This document shows, one piece after another, positions 57,168-64,000 of a stretch of 64,000 bases of DNA. Source of the DNA: Eledone cirrhosa (lineage: Eukaryota). The notes under the pieces were generated by a model. The model ran no database searches, was not told where the DNA came from, and worked only from the letters and a program-made list of their open reading frames with translations. Each line of letters opens with the position of its first letter. Position 1 is the stretch's first letter. The position numbers were made by a program, and so were the translations under genes. The stretch lies in the NCBI GenBank assembly GCA_964016885.1, contig OZ024754.1, positions 4,650,001 through 4,714,000 of the forward strand, given 5' to 3'.

Positions 57168-57268
57168 GTGTTAAGATATTGACATACCTTAGCGTAAACT
57201 TGATAGTATAAGCCATTAGCGAGCTTATACTATTAAGACTATGCTAAGGTATGTCAATATCTTAACAC
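57168..57268. repeat. ~100-bp hairpin immediately upstream of the tandem hammerheads
   Basis: GTGTTAAGATATTGACATACCTTAGC...GCTAAGGTATGTCAATATCTTAACAC. Confidence 0.9.
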
Positions 57269-57271
57269 CAA

Positions 57272-57274
<3 letters not shown>

Positions 57275-57319
<45 letters not shown>

Positions 57320-57326
57320 ATGTATA

Positions 57327-57358
<32 letters not shown>

Positions 57359-58913
57359 TGTGTGTGTGTATATGTATATGTGTGTGTGTGTGTATATATA
57401 TATGTGTGTGTGTGTATATATATATGTGTGTGCGTGTGGGTATATATATGTGTGTGTGTGGGTATATATATATATATGTGTGCGTGTGGGTATATATATA
57501 TATGTGTGCGTGTGGGTATATATATATATGTGTGCGTGTGGGTATATATATATATGTGTGTGTGTGGGTATATATATATATGTGTGTGTGTGGGTATATA
57601 TATATATGTGTGTGTGTGGGTATATATATATATGTGTGCGTGTGGGTATATATATATATATGTGTGCGTGTGGGTATATATATATATGTGTGCGTGTGGG
57701 TATATATGTGTGTGTGCGTGTGGGTATATATATGTGTGTGTGTGTATATATGTGTGTGTGTGTGTGTGGAGCGTATGAGTAATACATGTGTATAGTGTGT
57801 TAAGAAATGTTCCTATCACGTGTCAGTGGTTATACAAAGTCTTTATATATTTCTACGTGTATGCATATAGACACGTATACATACATATATACACACACGT
57901 ATACATACATATATATATACACACACGTATACATACATATATACACACGCGTATACATACATATATATATACACACACGTATACATACATATATACACAC
58001 ACGTATACATACATATATATATACACACACGTATACATACATATATATATATACACACACACGTATACATACATACATATATACACACACGTATACATAC
58101 ATATATATATACACACACGTATACATACATATATATATATATACACACACGTATACATACATATATACACACACGTATACATACATACATATATATATAC
58201 ACACACGTATACATACATATATATATATACACACACACGTATACATACATATATATATATATACACACACACGTATACATACATATATATATATACACAC
58301 ACGTATACATACATATATATATATATACACACACGTATACATACATATATATATATACACACACGTATACATACATATATACACACACGTATACATACAT
58401 ATATACACACACGTATACATACATATATATATACACACACACGTATACATACATATATATATATACACACACACGTATACATACATATATATATATACAC
58501 ACACACGTATACATACATATATATATATACACACACGTATACATACATATATATATATATATTGGTGTATATATATATATATATTGGTGTGTATATATAT
58601 ATATATTGGTGTGTATATATATATATATATTGGTGTGTATATATATATATATTGGTGTGTATATATATATATATATTGGTGTATATATATATATATTGGT
58701 GTATATACATATATATATATTGGTGTATATACATATATATATATTGGTGTGTATATATATATATATATATATATATTGGTGTGTATATATATATATATAT
58801 ATTGGTGTGTATATACATATATATATATTGGTGTGTATATACATATATATATATATTGGTGTGTATATACATATATATATATTGGTGTGTATATATATAT
58901 ATATATATATATT

Positions 58914-58983
<70 letters not shown>

Positions 58984-59009
58984 CATATATATATATATAT
59001 ATATATATT

Positions 59010-59043
<34 letters not shown>

Positions 59044-59328
59044 CATATATATATATATATATATATATTGGCATATATATATATATATATATATATTGGC
59101 ATATATATATATATATATATATATTGGCATATATATATATATATATATATATTGGCATATATATATATATATATATATTGGCGTATATATATATATATAT
59201 ATATTGGCGTATATATATATATATATATTAGCATATATATATATATATATATATTAGCATATATATATATATATATATTAGCATATATATATATATTAGC
59301 ATATATATATATATATATATATATATTA

Positions 59329-59363
<35 letters not shown>

Positions 59364-59428
59364 CATATATATATATATATATATTAGCATATATATATAT
59401 ATATATATTAGCATATATATATATATTA

Positions 59429-59507
<79 letters not shown>

Positions 59508-59524
59508 CATATATATATATATAT
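57275..59524. repeat. Successive (TA)n-based minisatellites (GTGGG, ACACGT, TTGGTGTG, TTGGCA, TTAGCA interruptions)
   Basis: Direct inspection. Confidence 0.95.
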
Positions 59525-59639
59525 GTTTGCACGACACCAGAAGTTAGCTAATGTTACCAATGAAACATGAGCTGCACTCTAGCGTAATATTTAATGAAGC
59601 GTCAAGGTGTTAACAGAGAGCAATACACTGGTGTTCATT

Positions 59640-59689
59640 TGTCTGTCTGTCTGTCTCTCTATCTGTCTGTCTGTCTGTCTGTCTCTCTA

Positions 59690-59720
<31 letters not shown>

Positions 59721-60910
59721 ATCTGTCTGTCTGCCTGTCTGTCTCACTCTCTGTCTCACTCTCTGTCTCGCTGTCTGTCTCACTGTCTCACTCTGTCTCA
59801 CTGTCTCACTCTCTGTCTCACTGTCTCACTCTCTGTCTCACCGTCTCACTCTCTGTCTCAGTCTCTGTCTCACTGTCTCACTCTCTGTCTCACTGTCTCA
59901 CTCTCTGTCTCACCGTCTCACTCTCTGTCTCACTCTCTGTCTCACTCTCTGTCTCACTGTCTCACTCTCTGTCTCACCGTCTCACTCTCTGTCTACTCGC
60001 TGTCTCACCGTCTCACTCTCTGTCTACTCTCTGTCTCACTGTCTGTCTCACTGTCTCACTCTCTGTCTCACTGTCTCACTCTCTGTCTCGCTGTCTGTCT
60101 CACTCTCTGTCTCACTCTCTGTCTCACTGTCTCACTCTCTGTCTCACTGTCTCACTCTCTGTCTCACCGTCTCACTCTCTGTCTCGCTCTCTGTCTCACT
60201 GTCTGTCTCACTGTCTCACTCTCTGTCTCACTCTCTGTCTCTCTGTCTCACTCTCTGTCTCACTGTCTCACTCTCTGTCTCACTGTCTGTCTCACTGTCT
60301 CACTCTCTGTCTCACTGTCTCACTCTCTGTCTCACTGTCTCACTGTCTGTCTCACTGTCTCACTGTCTCACTCTCTGTCTCTCTGTCTATCTCTCTGTCT
60401 CTCTGTCTGTCTCACTCTCTCTCTGTCTCTCTCTCTGTCTCTCTCTGTCTGTCTCTCTGTCTCACTGTATGTCTCTATGTCTCTCTGTCTGTCTCACTCT
60501 CTGTCTCACTCTCTGTCTGTCTCACTGTCTCACTGTCTCTCTGTCTCTCTCTCTGTCTCACTGTATGTCTCTATGTCTCTCTGTCTGTCTCACTCTCTGT
60601 CTGTCTCACTCTCTGTCTGTCTCACTGTATGTCTCTATGTCTCTCTGTCTGTCTCACTGTCTCTCTGTCTCTCTGCCTGTCTCTCTGTCTCTCTCTGTCT
60701 CACTGTCTGTCTCTCTGCAATTGCACTGCACCATCTATTTATTTGTGTTGTTCCTGTTCTTGTTGCACTTGGGGTATTGCACTTCGTGTTGCACTTGTGG
60801 TGTTGCATCTCTTGTTGCACTTGTGGTATTGCACATGTTGCACTTGTGTTGTTGCATCTCTTGTTGCACTTGTGGTATTGCACTTGTGGTGTTGCATTTC
60901 TTGTTGTTAC
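59640..60910. repeat. CTGT/CTCA compound repeat followed by GTTGCACTTGTGGT repeats
   Basis: Direct inspection. Confidence 0.9.
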
Positions 60911-61220
60911 TTATGTCACTGTTGTTGTTGTTATCCGATCCGACTGCATAACATCTTGTATATGCCGGCTGAAGACTTGTGAGTGATATATTGATAGATG
61001 TAAGCTATACGGAAGCCCAATGACTGGATCAAACCAGTAATTCTAAGCCCCAGCCTTTATCACATATTGTGTCAGACTAATTCTATCTGAGAATTAGTTA
61101 TATAAAGGAGGTATACTCAGCCACTTAGCACATTAATTCACGAATTGGATGTTCTGTTGATTGAAGAATTGGGTGCTGCTCGTCGAAACCAACGGAGGAT
61201 CCATCATCAGATTATTCAAT

Positions 61221-61645
61221 ATTATAGTGTTTTATTTTATCATCCCTGTAAGGATAAAAGGCAAAATTAACCTCGGTGGGATTTGAACTCAGATCAGTTA
61301 GGGCTTTTATGATCTGAGTTCAAATTCCGCCGAGGTTAACTTTGCCTTTCATCCTTACGGGGTCGATAAAATAAAGTACCAGTAATGCACTGGGACAATT
61401 GCTGGCCTTGTGTCAAAAGTAGAAACAATTATATATTTACACAGTAAAACAACGTTTAACACAGTAAAACGAGGTCCACTCTAAGGAAAATCGTCCACCA
61501 AATTCTTAATAACTAATCAATAGAAACCTGAAACTTATAACCAAGTAATTTAATCTCTAACTAAAATTATGACATCTCAAATACCAGTAATACACTGGAA
61601 TAATTGCTGGCCTTGCGCCAAAAATAGAAGCAATTATAGTGTTTT
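61221..61645 (+). mobile_element. Composite SINE insertion with 5' inversion, captured flank and 13-bp direct repeats
   Basis: ATTATAGTGTTTT at 61221 and 61633; inverted SINE part 61234-61296; 61431-61582 matches 2195-2426 in reverse. Confidence 0.75.
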
Positions 61646-62523
61646 TGTTATCGTTGTTTTTGAGTTTATATGGAAATAATTGTATTTTCAATGGCGCGAG
61701 GCTTAGAGGTTAGAGAATTGGGATCACAATCTTGTGATAGCGAGTTCGATTCCCGGACTGGGTGATGGGTTATGTCCTTGCTTGAACAAGACATTTATAG
61801 TAGAGTGTGGAATGACGGACACTGGATAGTTGCGAGAGAGGGGTGGAATGTCGGGAGCGGGTGGGGGGGCGTGTGCCTTTGTGTCTGAGTGTGGGAGTGT
61901 GTGTGTGAGTATGTGACTCTGTGCATGCCTGAGTATGTGAGTGTCTGTGTATGGGTGTGTGTGTGTGTGTTAGTATGTGTCTGTGTATAAGAGTGTGTGT
62001 CTGTGTGAGTATGTGTCTGTGTATAGGAGTGTGTGAGTGTCTGTGTGTGTATGCGAGTGTCTGTGTGTCTGTGTGTATGGGGGTATTTGATAGTGTGTGT
62101 GTGGGTTTGTATTTAAGTGCGAATGCGTGGGGATGGGGCTAATAGATACGGGTAAGAGGGCTCTGGATAAAGGAGCTGAAATCTATCGGGGTCAGGAATA
62201 TCACAGTAAGGGAACGTGATAGTAGGAACCATTGTGTGTGTGTGCGTTAGTGCGTGTGTGTGTGCGTTAGTGCGTGTGTGTGTGTGTGCGTTAGTGCGTG
62301 TGTGTGTGTGCGTTAGTGCGCGTGTGTGTGCGCGTGAGTGTGTATGCGTTAGTGCGCGCGTGAGTGTGTATGTTATAGTGTGCATATATATATATGTGTG
62401 TGTGTGTTCGTACGAATATTTGTAGCATACTTACATTCGTGTCCACACACACACACATAATTATATAGATATGTATATATATCTATATATATATATATAC
62501 ACATACATACACACATATATATG

Positions 62524-62559
<36 letters not shown>

Positions 62560-62771
62560 GACACACACACTTTAACACATATATTTATATATAAATATTT
62601 ATAAATATATATATGTATATTTATATATATAGACACACATACATATATATATATACACACACAGACACATACATACACACACACATATATATGTATATAT
62701 ATATATATACACACACACACATATATATATATACACACACAGACACATACATACACACACACATATATATG

Positions 62772-62802
<31 letters not shown>

Positions 62803-62902
62803 TTTAACACATATATTTATATATAAATATTTATAAATATATATGTATATTTATATATATAGACACACATACATATATATATATACACACACACACACAC
62901 AT

Positions 62903-62938
<36 letters not shown>

Positions 62939-62939
62939 T

Positions 62940-63140
62940 ATTTTATTTTATAGAAGGAGCTTCTACAGGACTAGTACTGTTTCATTCAGATGAAATCTTC
63001 AGGAAGCTCTGAAGATTTCATCTGAATGAAACAGTACTAGTCCTGTAGAAGCTCCTTCTATAAAATAAAATAAAAATTTACTCTGCCATGTATTGAGTAC
63101 CTTACTTACTGTGGTTATCCCCGACTCAACCCGGGTCCTA
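62940..63140. mobile_element. Fold-back PLE family B end (perfect ~63-bp arms)
   Basis: 62940-63002 is the inverse of 63009-63071; the family tail follows. Confidence 0.85.
62957..63009 (-). ncRNA. Type I hammerhead motif (family B)
   Basis: GAGCUUC-CUGAAGA-UUUC AUCU GAAU-GAA-ACAG UACUAGUC CUGU-A-GAAGCUC. Confidence 0.8.
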
Positions 63141-63358
63141 CGTATATATATATATATATATGTGTGTGTATGCCAGTGAGTGGGAGTAGGTACACAGACT
63201 GTATGAGTGCGTGAGAGAGAGAGAGAGGGAGAGAGACTCACAGAGTAGGAGAACCGAGACAGACAGACAGACATAGATAGGTAAAGAGACATACAGACGA
63301 GCTGTCAGCCAAACAGATCGAATGACATAGATAGACCGAAATAGAAAAGCGGGAACCC

Positions 63359-63390
<32 letters not shown>

Positions 63391-63464
63391 TGGTATATAA
63401 ACCACGTGACACAGAAAAGTAGAGTCAGTCAGACGGACGGACGGATAGACAGATTGGTACTGTA

Positions 63465-64000
<536 letters not shown>

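Noticed and set aside
62198-62222. TATCACAG miR-2 seed match
   Set aside because: The rest of the mature sequence and a precursor hairpin are absent.

Overview
Eukaryotic, very AT- and microsatellite-rich DNA. The SINE families and the (TA)n/(CA)n load point to an octopus-like cephalopod genome (inference). I recognise no intact host protein-coding gene, and almost all long ORFs in the track are simple-repeat artefacts. The window holds tRNA-derived SINEs of two families, RTE-clade LINE fragments, mariner-derived MITEs and many minisatellites. The main signal is about 12 type I hammerhead-ribozyme motifs from at least 7 sequence families, found by eye, mostly in short (TA)n-embedded ends of Penelope-like elements (PLEs). 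They include: a family whose reconstructed core has the compensatory U3-A8 variant (UUGAAAA) and is linked to a PLE-like ORF C-terminus; a fully canonical hammerhead with a long stem II; a family with a U.U 10.1-11.1 pair; and two tandem hammerheads that would release a 160-nt retrozyme-like RNA. Many of these elements fold back into palindromes at or within the ribozyme. Other points of note are an apparent SINE-mediated 3' transduction between positions ~2.2 kb and ~61.5 kb, a 55-bp satellite carrying Pol III B-boxes, and a MITE turning into a 146-bp satellite. All folds are manual and untested.
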